DNA of 51,699 nucleotides from Nocardioidaceae bacterium (GTDB lineage: Bacteria; Actinomycetota; Actinomycetes; Propionibacteriales; Nocardioidaceae), in NCBI GenBank assembly GCA_013697585.1, contig JACCWP010000026.1, positions 1 through 51,699 on the forward strand, read 5' to 3'. The notes beneath the pieces were generated by a model. That model worked only from the letters and a program-made list of their open reading frames with translations. It had not been told where the DNA came from and did not search any database. Below, in pieces: positions 29,892 through 42,430 of the stretch (positions are counted from its first letter, which is position 1; every line of letters begins with the position of its first letter). The translations under genes were made by a program, and so were the position numbers.

Positions 29892-30815
29892 TCACATCTG
29901 GTCCAGCCGCTCGAGGATCACGCCCTCGCGCAGTGCCCACGGGCACACTTCCAGCACGCTCAGGCCGAACAGCTCCATGACGGCGTCGGCGACGAACGCG
30001 CCAGCCACCACCTGGTGCGCCCGGTTGGCCGAGACGCCCGGCAGCTGTGCGATCTCGTCGATCGACATCTCGACCAGGCCGGGCAGCCGGTCAACCAGGA
30101 TCGTGCGTTGCAGCTCACGCCCGACATAGGGCCCCCGGTCGGACGCCGCGGCGCCGCAGATGCGGGCCAGGGACCGGAGCGTCTTGCTGGTCGCCACTGC
30201 CCGGTCGGCGCTGCCCCAGCGCAGCACGTCACGGGCGTCTTGCGCGGTGTCGGTGCGGACAACGCGCCGCAGCTCACGAACGGCCTCGGCACCCGCCGGT
30301 TGCTCCGTCAGGTGCTCGCGGGCGAGTCGGGCTGCCCCCAACGGCAGCGACTGCACGACGTCTGGCGACTCGTCCGTGCCGGCCGCGATCTCGAGTGAGC
30401 CCCCACCGACGTCGAACACCATCAGCCGGCCGGACGACCAGCCGAACCAGCGCCGCACGGCGAGGAACGTCAGCCGAGCCTCGTCCCTGCCGACCAGGAC
30501 CTCCAGCTCGATCCCGGTGCGGTCTCGCACCGAGGCGAGCACGTCATCGGCGTTGGCGGCGTCGCGCACCGCCGACGTGGCGAACGCGATAACGGACGCG
30601 CACCCCTTGTCCTCAGCAATCGCCTTGGACTGCTCGACGAACGTCACCAGCGCGCCGACCCCGCCGGCGTCGACGCACCCGTCGGCGTCGATGTGCTCGG
30701 CGAGTCGCAGGGGTTCCTTGAAGGAGAACGCAGGCAGGGGCGCGGCCCCGCGGTGCGCATCGACGACGAGAAGGTGGCCCGTGTTCGACCCGATGTCCAG
30801 CACGCCGATGCGCAT
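29892..30815 (-). CDS. ppx: Ppx/GppA-family exopolyphosphatase
   Basis: MRIGVLDIGSNT, ATSAVRDA, EARLTF, DVGGGSLE, PWALREG. Confidence 0.93.
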   Translation of the reverse strand: MRIGVLDIGSNTGHLLVVDAHRGAAPLPAFSFKEPLRLAEHIDADGCVDAGGVGALVTFVEQSKAIAEDKGCASVIAFATSAVRDAANADDVLASVRDRTGIELEVLVGRDEARLTFLAVRRWFGWSSGRLMVFDVGGGSLEIAAGTDESPDVVQSLPLGAARLAREHLTEQPAGAEAVRELRRVVRTDTAQDARDVLRWGSADRAVATSKTLRSLARICGAAASDRGPYVGRELQRTILVDRLPGLVEMSIDEIAQLPGVSANRAHQVVAGAFVADAVMELFGLSVLEVCPWALREGVILERLDQM

Positions 30816-30851
30816 GGCCGTCGAGGCTAGTGCGCGACTAGGGTGGCGCGC

Positions 30852-31601
30852 GTGCCCGAGGTCGCGCTGGACTTCCCCCGTGCGTGGGCGGAGTTCCCCG
30901 ATCCGGGCGACGAGGCGCAGATGTTTCGCTGTGACCTGACCTGGCTCACCTCGAGCTGGACGTGCATCTTCGGGCGTGGCTGCCCGGGTGTCTACGCCGA
31001 GCGCCCGCACGACGGTTGCTGCACCCTCGGCGCCCACTTCTCCGACCGGGCCGACGAACGGCGGGTCAAGAAGGCGATGAAGGTTCTCGGGCCCGACGAC
31101 TGGCAGTACCGCGCGACCGGGCGCAAGCAGGGAGTCGTGGAGCGCGACCACGAAGGTGAGCGCAAGACCCGGGTGGTTGACGGTGCGTGCGTCTTTCTGA
31201 ACCGGCCGGGCTTTCCCGGTGGCGAGGGATGCGCCCTGCACGCGTGGGCGCTGCGCAACGACACCGAGCCGCTGGAGACCAAACCGGACGTCTGCTGGCA
31301 GCTGCCGATCCGCCGCCGCTACCGGGACGTCGAACGCACCGACGGCAGCTCGTACCTCGAGGTCAGCATCGAGGAGTACGACCGGCGCGGATGGGGTCCC
31401 GGCGGGCACGACATGGACTGGTACTGCTCGGGGAACACGGAGGCTCACGTCGCGCCGGAGCCGGTCTATCTGAACAACGCGGCCGAGCTGGTCGAGCTGA
31501 TGGGGCAGGAGGCGTACGAGGTGCTCGCGGATCTGTGCGCCGAGCACCTGGCCAAGCGCAGCGCGCTCACGCTGCACCCGGCCACCCGCGCCGCCGGCTA
31601 G
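30852..31601 (+). CDS. Conserved cysteine-rich hypothetical protein (DUF3109-like)
   Basis: [20 protein letters not shown]...[10 protein letters not shown]...GACVFLN...GCALH...KPDVCWQLP...WYC. TAGGGT 7 nt before GTG 30852. Family name from recall only. Confidence 0.8.
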   Translation: MPEVALDFPRAWAEFPDPGDEAQMFRCDLTWLTSSWTCIFGRGCPGVYAERPHDGCCTLGAHFSDRADERRVKKAMKVLGPDDWQYRATGRKQGVVERDHEGERKTRVVDGACVFLNRPGFPGGEGCALHAWALRNDTEPLETKPDVCWQLPIRRRYRDVERTDGSSYLEVSIEEYDRRGWGPGGHDMDWYCSGNTEAHVAPEPVYLNNAAELVELMGQEAYEVLADLCAEHLAKRSALTLHPATRAAG

Positions 31602-31657
31602 CAGGCCCCTGCACCCCGCCGGGTGAAGCACCGATCGCGCGGACCACAATGCGAGCC

Positions 31658-32296
31658 ATGCGCCTCGACCACGTCTCGTACGCGGCCAGTCCGGACGGGC
31701 TCGGGGCGACCGCGGACCGGTTGTCGACGCAGCTCGGGGAGAGGTTCGTCGACGGCGGCGTGCATCCGCGCTTCGGCACCCGCAACATGGTGCTGCCGCT
31801 CACCGGCGGGCACTACGTGGAGCTCGTGAGCGTCCTCGATCACCCGGCCTCGGACAAGGTGCCGTTCGGCCAGGCGGTGCGCGCCCGCTCCGAAGCCGGC
31901 GGGGGCTGGCTCGGCTGGGTGGTCTCCGTCGACGACATCACCGCGGTCGAGGAGCGACTCGAACGACCGGCCGTGCAGGGCAACCGGCACCGACCCGACG
32001 GCTACGACCTGCGCTGGAAGCAGATCGGGGTCACGGGCCTGCAGTCCGACCCCCAGCTGCCGTTCCTGGTCATGTGGGAGGTGCCAGCCGATCACCATCC
32101 TTCGGTCGGTGCCAGCGGTGCCATTTCTCTGCAGGCGTTGGAGATCGCGGGCAGTCCCGAGCGAGTCGAGGCATGGCTCGGAGAATCGCTGACCGGCCCG
32201 CTCGGAGACGTTGCGGTCGAGTGGGTGGCCCCGCACGGTCAGCCTGGGATCATCGCCGCGCACCTGTCCACCCCCACGGGAGTCGTCCGGCTGTGA
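31658..32296 (+). CDS. VOC/glyoxalase-like family protein
   Basis: MRLDHVSYA, GGVHPRFGTRN, YVELV, LPFLVMW. Confidence 0.88.
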   Translation: MRLDHVSYAASPDGLGATADRLSTQLGERFVDGGVHPRFGTRNMVLPLTGGHYVELVSVLDHPASDKVPFGQAVRARSEAGGGWLGWVVSVDDITAVEERLERPAVQGNRHRPDGYDLRWKQIGVTGLQSDPQLPFLVMWEVPADHHPSVGASGAISLQALEIAGSPERVEAWLGESLTGPLGDVAVEWVAPHGQPGIIAAHLSTPTGVVRL

Positions 32297-33015
32297 TCTC
32301 GCGCCGTGACCATGTCACGGCCCGGATCGAGCCGGGCGCGCGGCCGAGTCCCAATATCTGGAACCACCAGGCGACCTATGAGCTGGAGAACCGCGCCGTC
32401 GACCCCGCAGGCCTGTTGGAGCAGGCGATGGTCGCGGTGCGCGACTGGGCAGGCGCAACCGTGCTCGACATCGGCTGCGGCACCGGCTTCCACCTGCCCC
32501 GCTTCGCTGCCCGGGCAGCCCATGTCGTTGGGGTCGAGCCGCACGCCGGGCTGGCCCGGACCGCCCGCGTGCGGTGCGCTGGCCTGAGCGGCGTCACAGT
32601 CCGGGCGGGCACGGCCCAGCGGCTCCCGCTGCCCGACTCGTCGATCGACCTGGCGCACGCGCGGTGGGCGTACTTCTTCGGCCCGGGTTGTGAGCCCGGG
32701 CTGGCCGAGATCGACCGGGTGCTGCGCGCCGGCGGCACGGCGTTCGTCATCGACCACGACGCCAGCACCAGCACGTTCGGTCGGTGGTTTCGGCGGTCGC
32801 TGCCGTCGTACGATCCCGCCGCGGTCGAGCGGTTCTGGTCCACCCGCGGGTGGACTCGCACACCGGTGCCATCGCGGTGGCAATTCGGCTCGCGAGCCGA
32901 TCTCGAGGCGGTCCTGCGGATCGAGTTCGCCCCCGCCCTCGCCGAACAGATCCTGGCCGAGCACGACGGAACCACCGTCGACTACGCGATCAACCTGTGG
33001 TGGCGCCGCGCCTAG
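32293..33015 (+). CDS. Class I SAM-dependent methyltransferase
   Basis: VLDIGCGTG, VGVEP, GTAQRLPLPDSSID, HARWAYFFG, RVLRAGG. GTGA overlap with the VOC gene. Confidence 0.88.
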   Translation: MISRRDHVTARIEPGARPSPNIWNHQATYELENRAVDPAGLLEQAMVAVRDWAGATVLDIGCGTGFHLPRFAARAAHVVGVEPHAGLARTARVRCAGLSGVTVRAGTAQRLPLPDSSIDLAHARWAYFFGPGCEPGLAEIDRVLRAGGTAFVIDHDASTSTFGRWFRRSLPSYDPAAVERFWSTRGWTRTPVPSRWQFGSRADLEAVLRIEFAPALAEQILAEHDGTTVDYAINLWWRRA

Positions 33016-33076
33016 GTGGACAGCCCGCCCGGCGTCCATCGCGCTGTCCACAGCCCCCCGCGCGGCGGGGGCGGGG

Positions 33077-33098
33077 TGTCGGCGCTCTCGCCTAGCGT
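33077..33098 (+). promoter_or_regulatory. RecA-independent DNA-damage promoter (RecA-NDp / PafBC-type) of radA
   Basis: TGTCGG-N10-TAGCGT exactly matches TGTCGG-N10-TANNNT, 7 nt before GTG 33106. Confidence 0.8.
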
Positions 33099-33105
33099 GG
33101 ATGCC

Positions 33106-34569
33106 GTGACCCAGACCCCGAACCGTGCTCGTGCCAGATCGTCGTACAGGTGCGCCGACTGCGGCTGGCAGACGGGCAAGTGGGTGGGCCGCTGCGCTGA
33201 GTGCCACGCCTGGGGGGTGGTCGAGGAGGTCGGGGAGCCGGCATCGGCCACTCACACAACGGCCGGGACCGTGACCACCCCTGCCCGCCCGATGACCGAG
33301 ATCGATGTCGAGGCGTCCCGCGCGATCACGTCAGGCATCGACGAGCTCGACCGGGTCCTGGGAGGTGGCGTGGTCAAGGGCGTCTCGCTGCTGCTGGCGG
33401 GCGAGCCCGGAGTCGGCAAGTCCACCCTGCTGCTCTCGGTCGCGGCAAGGTGGGCCGCTGCCGGACGGCGAACGCTCTATGTCACCGGCGAGGAGTCGGC
33501 CGCCCAGGTCAGGCTTCGCGCCGAGCGCACCGGAGGTGTCCACCCCGACCTGTTCCTCGCCGCCGAGACCGACCTGGCCGCGGTGCTCGCCCACGTCGAG
33601 CAGGTCGAACCCACGCTGGTGGTCGTCGACTCGGTGCAGACCATCGGCTCGACCGAGGCCGAGGGTGTGCCAGGCGGGGTGACCCAGGTGCGCGAGGTGG
33701 CGACCTCGCTGGTCCAGGTTGCCAAGCGGCGCGGCATCGCCACCTTGCTGGTCGGCCACGTCACCAAGGAGGGCGGCATCGCAGGCCCGCGAACGCTCGA
33801 GCACCTGGTCGACGTCGTGCTGGCTTTCGAGGGTGACCGCAGCTCCCGGCTGCGCTTCGTACGCGCCGTCAAGAACCGCTTCGGGCCCGTCGACGAGGTC
33901 GGCTGCTTCGACCTGTCGGCCGACGGCATCGTCGAGGTCACCGATCCAACCGGCCTCTTCGTGTCCCGGCACTGCGAGCCGGTCACCGGCACGTGCGTCA
34001 CCGTGACCCTCGAAGGGCGGCGCCCGCTGCTGGCGGAGGTGCAGGCCCTGATCGCCCCGCCGGCGGTGTCGTCGCCTCGGCGCGCAACCAGCGGGCTGGA
34101 CACCGCGCGCAGCGCGATGGTGCTCGCCGTGCTCGAGCGGCGCGCCGGCCTCTCCCTCTCTGCGCGCGACGTCTATCTCGCGACCGTCGGCGGAGCCCGG
34201 CTGACCGAGCCGTCTGCCGACCTCGCAGTCGCGGTCGCCGTCGCGTCCGGGTGTGCTGACCAGGTCGTGTCGACCGACCTCGTCGCCCTCGGCGAGGTCG
34301 GCCTCGCCGGTGAGGTCCGCCGCGTCCGCGGGCTTGCCCATCGTCTCGCCGAGGCCGCTCGACTGGGCTTCAGGCACGCGCTGGTCCCGTCGGACACCGG
34401 CGCGCACCGGGTGCCTGACATTCCCGGACTGCAGGTGATCCAGGTGCACGACGTCGTCGGCGCCCTGCGCGTCGTCGGCCTCGTCCCAGGCGACAGCGCT
34501 CGCCGGGTGCCACCCAACCATGGCCAGCCGCGGGTGGTCCCGCACCTCAGCGTGGTGCCCACCCCCTGA
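33106..34569 (+). CDS. radA: DNA repair protein RadA/Sms
   Basis: Zn finger [47 protein letters not shown]. Confidence 0.97.
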   Translation: MTQTPNRARARSSYRCADCGWQTGKWVGRCAECHAWGVVEEVGEPASATHTTAGTVTTPARPMTEIDVEASRAITSGIDELDRVLGGGVVKGVSLLLAGEPGVGKSTLLLSVAARWAAAGRRTLYVTGEESAAQVRLRAERTGGVHPDLFLAAETDLAAVLAHVEQVEPTLVVVDSVQTIGSTEAEGVPGGVTQVREVATSLVQVAKRRGIATLLVGHVTKEGGIAGPRTLEHLVDVVLAFEGDRSSRLRFVRAVKNRFGPVDEVGCFDLSADGIVEVTDPTGLFVSRHCEPVTGTCVTVTLEGRRPLLAEVQALIAPPAVSSPRRATSGLDTARSAMVLAVLERRAGLSLSARDVYLATVGGARLTEPSADLAVAVAVASGCADQVVSTDLVALGEVGLAGEVRRVRGLAHRLAEAARLGFRHALVPSDTGAHRVPDIPGLQVIQVHDVVGALRVVGLVPGDSARRVPPNHGQPRVVPHLSVVPTP

Positions 34570-34670
34570 CGGCCGCGACCCGCACCAGAAAACGTCCCAG
34601 CGGAGGGGCCGGGCACCTAGACTCGCGTCGTCGGTCGCGTTGGCGCGGACTTGGGCCGGCGGGGAGCGAC

Positions 34671-35762
34671 GTGGCGAGCACCGACAGGACCGATCGGCCG
34701 GCCGACGAGGCGCGGCTGCGGGCGACCCTGGCCACAATCGCGCCCGGTACGGCACTGCGCGAGGGCCTGGAGCGGATCCTGCGCGGGCGCACCGGTGCGC
34801 TCCTCGTGCTCGGCCTCGACCGAACGGTCGAGGCGATCTCCACCGGTGGTTTCAACCTCGACGTGCCGTTCACCGCCACCGGATTGCGCGAGCTGGCCAA
34901 GATGGACGGCGCGATCGTGCTCGACCGCGACGTCACCAGGATCGTACGGGCCGCGGTGCACCTGATGCCTGACGCATCGATCCACACAGACGAGACCGGG
35001 ACCCGGCACCGCACCGCCGACCGGGTCGCCCGCCAGACCGGCGTTCCCGTCGTGTCGGTGTCGCAGTCGATGCAGATCATCGCGGTCTATGTCGGCGGCA
35101 CTGGGCATGTGCTCGAAGACACCGGGGCGGTCCTGTCCCGGGCAAACCAGGCCCTGGCGACCCTCGAGCGCTACAAGATGCGCCTCGACGAGGTCTCGGG
35201 AGCGCTCTCGGCGCTGGAGATCGAGGACCTCGTCACGGTCCGTGACGTGGCCGCGGTTGCCCAGCGGCTCGAGATGGTGGTCCGCATCGCACGCGAGATC
35301 CAAGACTATGTCGTCGAGCTCGGGTCCGACGGCAGGTTGCTGTCGTTGCAGCTGGCCGAGCTGGTGGGGGGTGTCGACGAGGAGCGTGCGCTGGTCGCCC
35401 GCGACTACCCGCCTGCCGACCGGGCACAGCCCGCCGACGAGGTGCTCGCCGCCATCGGGGCGCTCGACTCGGCCGAGCTGGTCGACGTGGGGGCCGTGGC
35501 GCGCGCCGTCGGACTGTCGCACGGCGAGCACCTGGACAGTGCGCTGTCCCCCCTCGGCTACCGACTGCTGGCCAAGGTTCCCCGGCTGCCCGTCACCGTG
35601 GTCGAGCGTCTGGTCGAGCACTTCGGGACGCTGCAAAAGCTGCTGGCCGCCAGCATCACCGACCTGCAGGCGGTCGACGGCGTCGGCGAGCTGCGGGCGC
35701 GGAGCGTGCGCGAGGGACTGAGCCGACTGGCCGAGTCGAGCATCCTCGAACGCTACGTCTGA
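34671..35762 (+). CDS. disA: DNA integrity scanning diadenylate cyclase DisA
   Basis: [34 protein letters not shown]-terminal HhH VDGVGE. Follows radA. Confidence 0.97.
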   Translation: MASTDRTDRPADEARLRATLATIAPGTALREGLERILRGRTGALLVLGLDRTVEAISTGGFNLDVPFTATGLRELAKMDGAIVLDRDVTRIVRAAVHLMPDASIHTDETGTRHRTADRVARQTGVPVVSVSQSMQIIAVYVGGTGHVLEDTGAVLSRANQALATLERYKMRLDEVSGALSALEIEDLVTVRDVAAVAQRLEMVVRIAREIQDYVVELGSDGRLLSLQLAELVGGVDEERALVARDYPPADRAQPADEVLAAIGALDSAELVDVGAVARAVGLSHGEHLDSALSPLGYRLLAKVPRLPVTVVERLVEHFGTLQKLLAASITDLQAVDGVGELRARSVREGLSRLAESSILERYV

Positions 35763-36562
35763 TCGTCGCCGCCACGGCCCGGGTCCCTTCCCCGCCCGTC
35801 CTGAGCAGGTCGGTCGCCACCGGAGTCGTCTCCGCGTGGCGTCCGCTCGGGTGCCAACAGCGCGAACTCAGCACGGGCCGGCTCACCGGCGTACAGCGCG
35901 GCCTCGACCGCGTACGCACCTGGAGGCGCGTCCCGTGTGGTCCCCGTGCAACCCCGGTCGCCGGGGACTCCGGGCCACACGACGTCGGCCGCCGACAGCC
36001 AGCCGGGGCGAAGCACGACTGTGCGCTCGGCCACGGCACTGGGGCACTGCTCGGTGCTCCACACACTGGCACCGTCGGTGGAGACGCTGAGCAGCAGCGC
36101 GTCGGCATCCAGCTCGAGTCGGCAGGCGGTAGAGCTGGCGGTGGTGAGGGTCAGGCCGATGGGCACCTCGGTACCGCTGGTCGCTGGTCCGGCCACATTC
36201 GGCACCACGCGTACGTCCTCAGCGAGGCAACCGCCCTCGGCCGCTGCCAGCTCGGTGCTCACCACGGTGGGACGCCGGTCCACGTCGTGCTCACCTCGGC
36301 CGGGTCGAAGCCGCGGTTCGCTGCCCGGTTCGGGCCGTGTCACCGTCGGCTCGGGCGGCGGCTCGGTCGCCTCGCTCTCGGGTGCGGCCTCGTCGGTGCT
36401 CGAAGCCGCGGGCCTGGTGTCGTCGCCCTCACCGAGCATGCTGCCCACGCCCCACACCAGCAAGGCGAGAACCGCGAGCAGCACGGTGCGCCGTACCCAA
36501 TAGACCCTGACGGGCAGCCTGTTCGGCCGCCGGTCGGGTGGCCGGCGGGTGGCTGCGCTCAC
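35753..36562 (-). CDS. Membrane-anchored hypothetical protein (Rv3587c-like)
   Basis: [10 protein letters not shown] + TM + Pro-rich linker + Cys-containing domain (WSTEQC, PGAY). Conserved position convergent with disA. Confidence 0.75.
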   Translation of the reverse strand: MSAATRRPPDRRPNRLPVRVYWVRRTVLLAVLALLVWGVGSMLGEGDDTRPAASSTDEAAPESEATEPPPEPTVTRPEPGSEPRLRPGRGEHDVDRRPTVVSTELAAAEGGCLAEDVRVVPNVAGPATSGTEVPIGLTLTTASSTACRLELDADALLLSVSTDGASVWSTEQCPSAVAERTVVLRPGWLSAADVVWPGVPGDRGCTGTTRDAPPGAYAVEAALYAGEPARAEFALLAPERTPRGDDSGGDRPAQDGRGRDPGRGGDDQT

Positions 36563-36632
36563 CACGGCACGCTAGCGCCGAGACGCAGACGTCACCGGCT
36601 GCCGCGCCGACGCCGGTGCGAGGATCGACCGC

Positions 36633-37544
36633 GTGGGACCTGGCAGGCTCGTCGCGGCCCTCGACGCGTGGTACGCCGAGCACGCGCGCGACCTCCCCTG
36701 GCGACGTCCCGAAGCGACGGCGTGGGGTGTCGTCGTGTCAGAGTTCATGCTCCAGCAGACGCCGGTCGCCCGCGTGCTCCCCGTCTGGGCGCGCTGGCTC
36801 GAGCGGTGGCCAACTCCCGCGGCCCTCGCCGCCGAGCCTCCGGGCGAGGCGATCCGCGCCTGGGGACGGCTCGGCTACCCGCGAAGAGCACTGCGGCTGC
36901 ACGCCGCGGCTACCGAGATGGTCGCCCGGCACGCGGGCCACGTGCCGACCGAGTCCCAGGACCTGCGTGCGCTACCGGGCGTCGGCGACTACACCGCCGC
37001 CGCCGTGGCTGCATTCGCGCACCGACAGCGCACCGTCGTGCTGGACACCAACGTACGCCGGGTGCTCGGCCGGTTGCTGCGGGGAGACCCGCGGCCACGT
37101 GCGACGGGACCGACGGTTGCCGAGCGCGCGGCCAGCGCAGCCATCCTGCCCTCCGATCCTGAGGCCGCCGCGGCCTGGTCGGTGGCACTGATGGAGCTCG
37201 GCGCACTGGTCTGCACCGCCCGCTCGCCACGCTGCGGTGCCTGCCCGTTCCAGGACAGCTGCCGCTGGTACGCGGCCGGGTGGCCGGGCAGCGACACCGC
37301 TTCCGGCCGCAGGCAGGCCTATGCGGGCACGGATCGACAGGCGCGGGGCCGACTGCTCGCCGCCATCCGAGATTGCCACGTCTCGATCACGCGCGGCCGC
37401 CTCGAGACAGCGTGGGACCAGCCTGGCCAGCGCGAGCGCGCGCTGGCGAGCCTGCTGGCCGACGGGCTGGTCGTGGCGGTGGGCGACGACTCGTACGCAC
37501 TGCCCGGCCCGCCCACCGACGGCCACGCAGTCAGGTGTCGCTGA
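36633..37544 (+). CDS. mutY: A/G-specific adenine glycosylase
   Basis: RDLPWR, VSEFMLQQT, LGYPRRA, LPGVGDYTA, LDTNVRRV, 4Fe-4S motif CTARSPRCGACPFQDSC. Confidence 0.95.
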   Translation: MGPGRLVAALDAWYAEHARDLPWRRPEATAWGVVVSEFMLQQTPVARVLPVWARWLERWPTPAALAAEPPGEAIRAWGRLGYPRRALRLHAAATEMVARHAGHVPTESQDLRALPGVGDYTAAAVAAFAHRQRTVVLDTNVRRVLGRLLRGDPRPRATGPTVAERAASAAILPSDPEAAAAWSVALMELGALVCTARSPRCGACPFQDSCRWYAAGWPGSDTASGRRQAYAGTDRQARGRLLAAIRDCHVSITRGRLETAWDQPGQRERALASLLADGLVVAVGDDSYALPGPPTDGHAVRCR

Positions 37545-37593
37545 GCTGCTGGACCGCGTCGGCGGGCGGTCGTGCCCACTCCCCCGGCGTTAG

Positions 37594-37635
37594 GTGCGCT
37601 TCCCCGGCGAAACAACGCTGGGGAAGCGCACTTTT
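37594..37635. terminator. Intrinsic terminator between convergent mutY and clpC
   Basis: 16-bp stem GTGCGCTTCCCCGGCG / CGCTGGGGAAGCGCAC (one G-U pair), 6-nt loop, followed by TTTT on the plus strand. Confidence 0.75.
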
Positions 37636-37679
37636 CGCTGGTGACCCAGCAAAAGCGACCGGGGCGGCGCCGGACCGGA

Positions 37680-40181
<2,502 letters not shown>

Positions 40182-40346
40182 TAGGCTTGTCTCCTCGCCC
40201 GACCGCTGAGTGGGCACGACGCGTGCTTCGTCAGGGGTCTCGTGGTCATGCTAGTCACGGTCCCGCGACGCTGCGGGCGGAGTACGCCACGCCCGCACCG
40301 GACGGAGAGGTGCCCCGTACGGCCGGACGAGGACCGACACCGGACG

Positions 40347-40373
40347 CAACGCCCCTCTCAACCGGGCTGTTCC
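40347..40373 (-). promoter_or_regulatory. SigH/SigR-type ECF promoter upstream of clpC
   Basis: GGAAC-18 nt-GTTG on the minus strand. Confidence 0.72.
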
Positions 40374-40381
40374 CCCGACCG

Positions 40382-40398
40382 GTTCACCGCTGGCGAAC
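40382..40398. promoter_or_regulatory. ClgR-like operator upstream of clpC
   Basis: Imperfect palindrome GTTCACC-GCT-GGCGAAC. Minus strand GTTCGC-N5-GTG versus Streptomyces ClgR consensus GTTCGC-N5-GCG. Confidence 0.62.
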
Positions 40399-40424
40399 AA
40401 GCCAAGAGAACTCGTGGTGACGCC

Positions 40425-40757
40425 TCAGTTGGCGCCACGATAGGCGTCCAGCACGTTGGCTGGGACCCGGCCGCGGTCGGAGATCTTGTAGCCGTGGGCG
40501 CGCGCCCACTCGCGCACCTGCTTTGCCGAGCCTGGGCCACCCACGGACGCCTGTGACCGGCCCCGGCGCGACCGGGTGCGCGCCCCGACCCTGCGCGCCT
40601 CCCCGACATATCCCGCCAGCGCGTCGCGCATCTTGGCGGCGTTCTTGCCGGACAGGTCGATCTCGTACGAAACGCCGTCGAGCGCGAACTGGACGGTCTC
40701 GTCGGCGCTGCCTCCGTCGAGGTCGTCGACCAGCAGCACCTGAACCTTTTGCGCCAT
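40425..40757 (-). CDS. lsr2: Nucleoid-associated protein Lsr2
   Basis: MAQKVQVLLVDDLDG, YEIDLS, VREWA...SDRGRVP (AT-hook-like RGR). Confidence 0.97.
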   Translation of the reverse strand: MAQKVQVLLVDDLDGGSADETVQFALDGVSYEIDLSGKNAAKMRDALAGYVGEARRVGARTRSRRGRSQASVGGPGSAKQVREWARAHGYKISDRGRVPANVLDAYRGAN

Positions 40758-40867
40758 TGTTCCGGTCCTTCCACAGTGAATGATCCGCCGATCGCGAAAC
40801 TGACGAATGCAGACGCTACCAGCAGGCAAAGACCACTCGGAAGGGGTACGTACACCACCTCGGCGAC

Positions 40868-42358
40868 CTACTCCGGGCGGAGCAGCGGAAACAGGATCGC
40901 CTCGCGAATACCCGTGCCCATGAGGAGCATCGTGAGCCGGTCGATGCCGAGCCCCATTCCTCCGGCGGGAGGCATCCCGTGCTCGAGGGCACGCAAGAAT
41001 ACCTCGTCCAGGTCGTTGGCTTCGGGGTCGCCTGCGGCGGCGAGCAATGACTGCTGCTGGAGCCGCTCCCGCTGCACCACCGGGTCGTTGAGCTCGGAAT
41101 AGGCTGGAGCCAGCTCAATCCCGTTGATGACAAGATCGAATGCCTCGTTGAGACCAGCGGCCGACCGGTGTGGCTTGGCCAGCGGCTTCACCTTCTGCGG
41201 GTAGTCGCAGACGAACGTGGGCTGAATCAACGTCGGCTCGACGAGCTGCTCGTACAGCTCGACGACGACTGCGGCGGTGTCCCAGGCCGGTTGCAGCGCG
41301 ACGCCTCGGTCAGCTGCATGGGCGCGCATGGTGGTTTCGTCGGTGTCGAGGTCGACCCGCTCGCCGACGGCGGCGCTCACCAGGTCGAGCAGCCCGGCCC
41401 GCGTCCACGGTGCTTCGAGGTCGATACGGCCTCCGTCGCGGCCGGGCACGACTGTGCGGTCGAGTGCGCGAGCCGCGTCGATCACGAGATCACGCACCAG
41501 CACCATCATGGTCTCGTAGTCTCCGTACGCCTCGTAAGCCTCGAGCATCGAGAACTCCGCGCTGTGGGTCGAGTCGATGCCCTCGTTGCGAAAGGTCTTG
41601 CCAATCTCGTAGACCTTCTCGACCCCGCCGACCACGGCGCGCTTGAGATCGAGCTCGAGCGCGATGCGCAGCAGCATCGGTTGGTCGAAGGCGTCCAGGT
41701 GGGTGCGGAACGGTCGCGCCGCTGCCCCGCCGTTGGTCAGCTGCAGCACCGGGGTCTCCACCTCGATGAAGCCACGCCGGTGCAGGGTCTCGCGCAACGA
41801 TCGCAGCACGCTTGCCTTGGCGCGCACCATCTCGCGGGCCTCGGGGCGCTGAAGCATGTCGAGATACCGGTAGCGGACCCGCGCCTCGTCGGACAGCTGC
41901 CAGTGCTCCCCCGGGAGCGGCCGCAGCGCTTTGGCCGCCATCTGCCAGCCTCGCGCCTGCACCGAGAGCTCGCCGCGCCGGCTTGCGACGACCTCACCCT
42001 CGACCGCGATGTGGTCGCCGATGTCGACGAGAGCCTTGAACTCGTCGAGGCGCTCCTGGCCGACGTCGGCGAGCGAGACCATGACCTGCAGCTCGGTGCC
42101 ATCACCCTCGCGCAGCCGGGCGAAGCAGAGCTTGCCGGTGTTGCGCGCGAAGATCACCCGGCCGGTGACGGCCACCTGGTCGCCGGTGCCGGCGCCCGGC
42201 TCGAGATCGGAACCGTCATAGGCGTCCCGGATCGCGCGCAGACTGTGCGAACGCGGCACGGTGATCGGGTACGGGTCCATCCCGGCGGAAAGCATTCGCT
42301 GCCGCTTCTCGCGACGCACCCGTTCTTGCTCGGACAGGTCGGCACCGGGCTCGGGCAT
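40868..42358 (-). CDS. lysS: Lysine--tRNA ligase (class II)
   Basis: GKLCFA, RYRYLD, EVETPVLQ, GGAAARPF, FRNEGIDSTH, AYSELNDP, GMPPAGGMGLGIDRL. Confidence 0.97.
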   Translation of the reverse strand: MPEPGADLSEQERVRREKRQRMLSAGMDPYPITVPRSHSLRAIRDAYDGSDLEPGAGTGDQVAVTGRVIFARNTGKLCFARLREGDGTELQVMVSLADVGQERLDEFKALVDIGDHIAVEGEVVASRRGELSVQARGWQMAAKALRPLPGEHWQLSDEARVRYRYLDMLQRPEAREMVRAKASVLRSLRETLHRRGFIEVETPVLQLTNGGAAARPFRTHLDAFDQPMLLRIALELDLKRAVVGGVEKVYEIGKTFRNEGIDSTHSAEFSMLEAYEAYGDYETMMVLVRDLVIDAARALDRTVVPGRDGGRIDLEAPWTRAGLLDLVSAAVGERVDLDTDETTMRAHAADRGVALQPAWDTAAVVVELYEQLVEPTLIQPTFVCDYPQKVKPLAKPHRSAAGLNEAFDLVINGIELAPAYSELNDPVVQRERLQQQSLLAAAGDPEANDLDEVFLRALEHGMPPAGGMGLGIDRLTMLLMGTGIREAILFPLLRPE

Positions 42359-42430
42359 GGGTACGCAGGCTAGTCGGACCTCTGCCGAGGCCGGTGCGAG
42401 ACGTCATGCGTCCCGCGGCCGATGGCCGGC

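Noticed and set aside
29892..31649. Long N-terminal extensions in the ORF track (ppx 585 aa, acyltransferase 704 aa, hemC 544 aa, coaX 408 aa, phosphatase 423 aa, DUF3616 483 aa) suggesting fusion proteins
   Set aside because: The extensions overlap neighbouring genes and are low-complexity Arg/Ala/Pro text; family motifs begin at the downstream starts reported.
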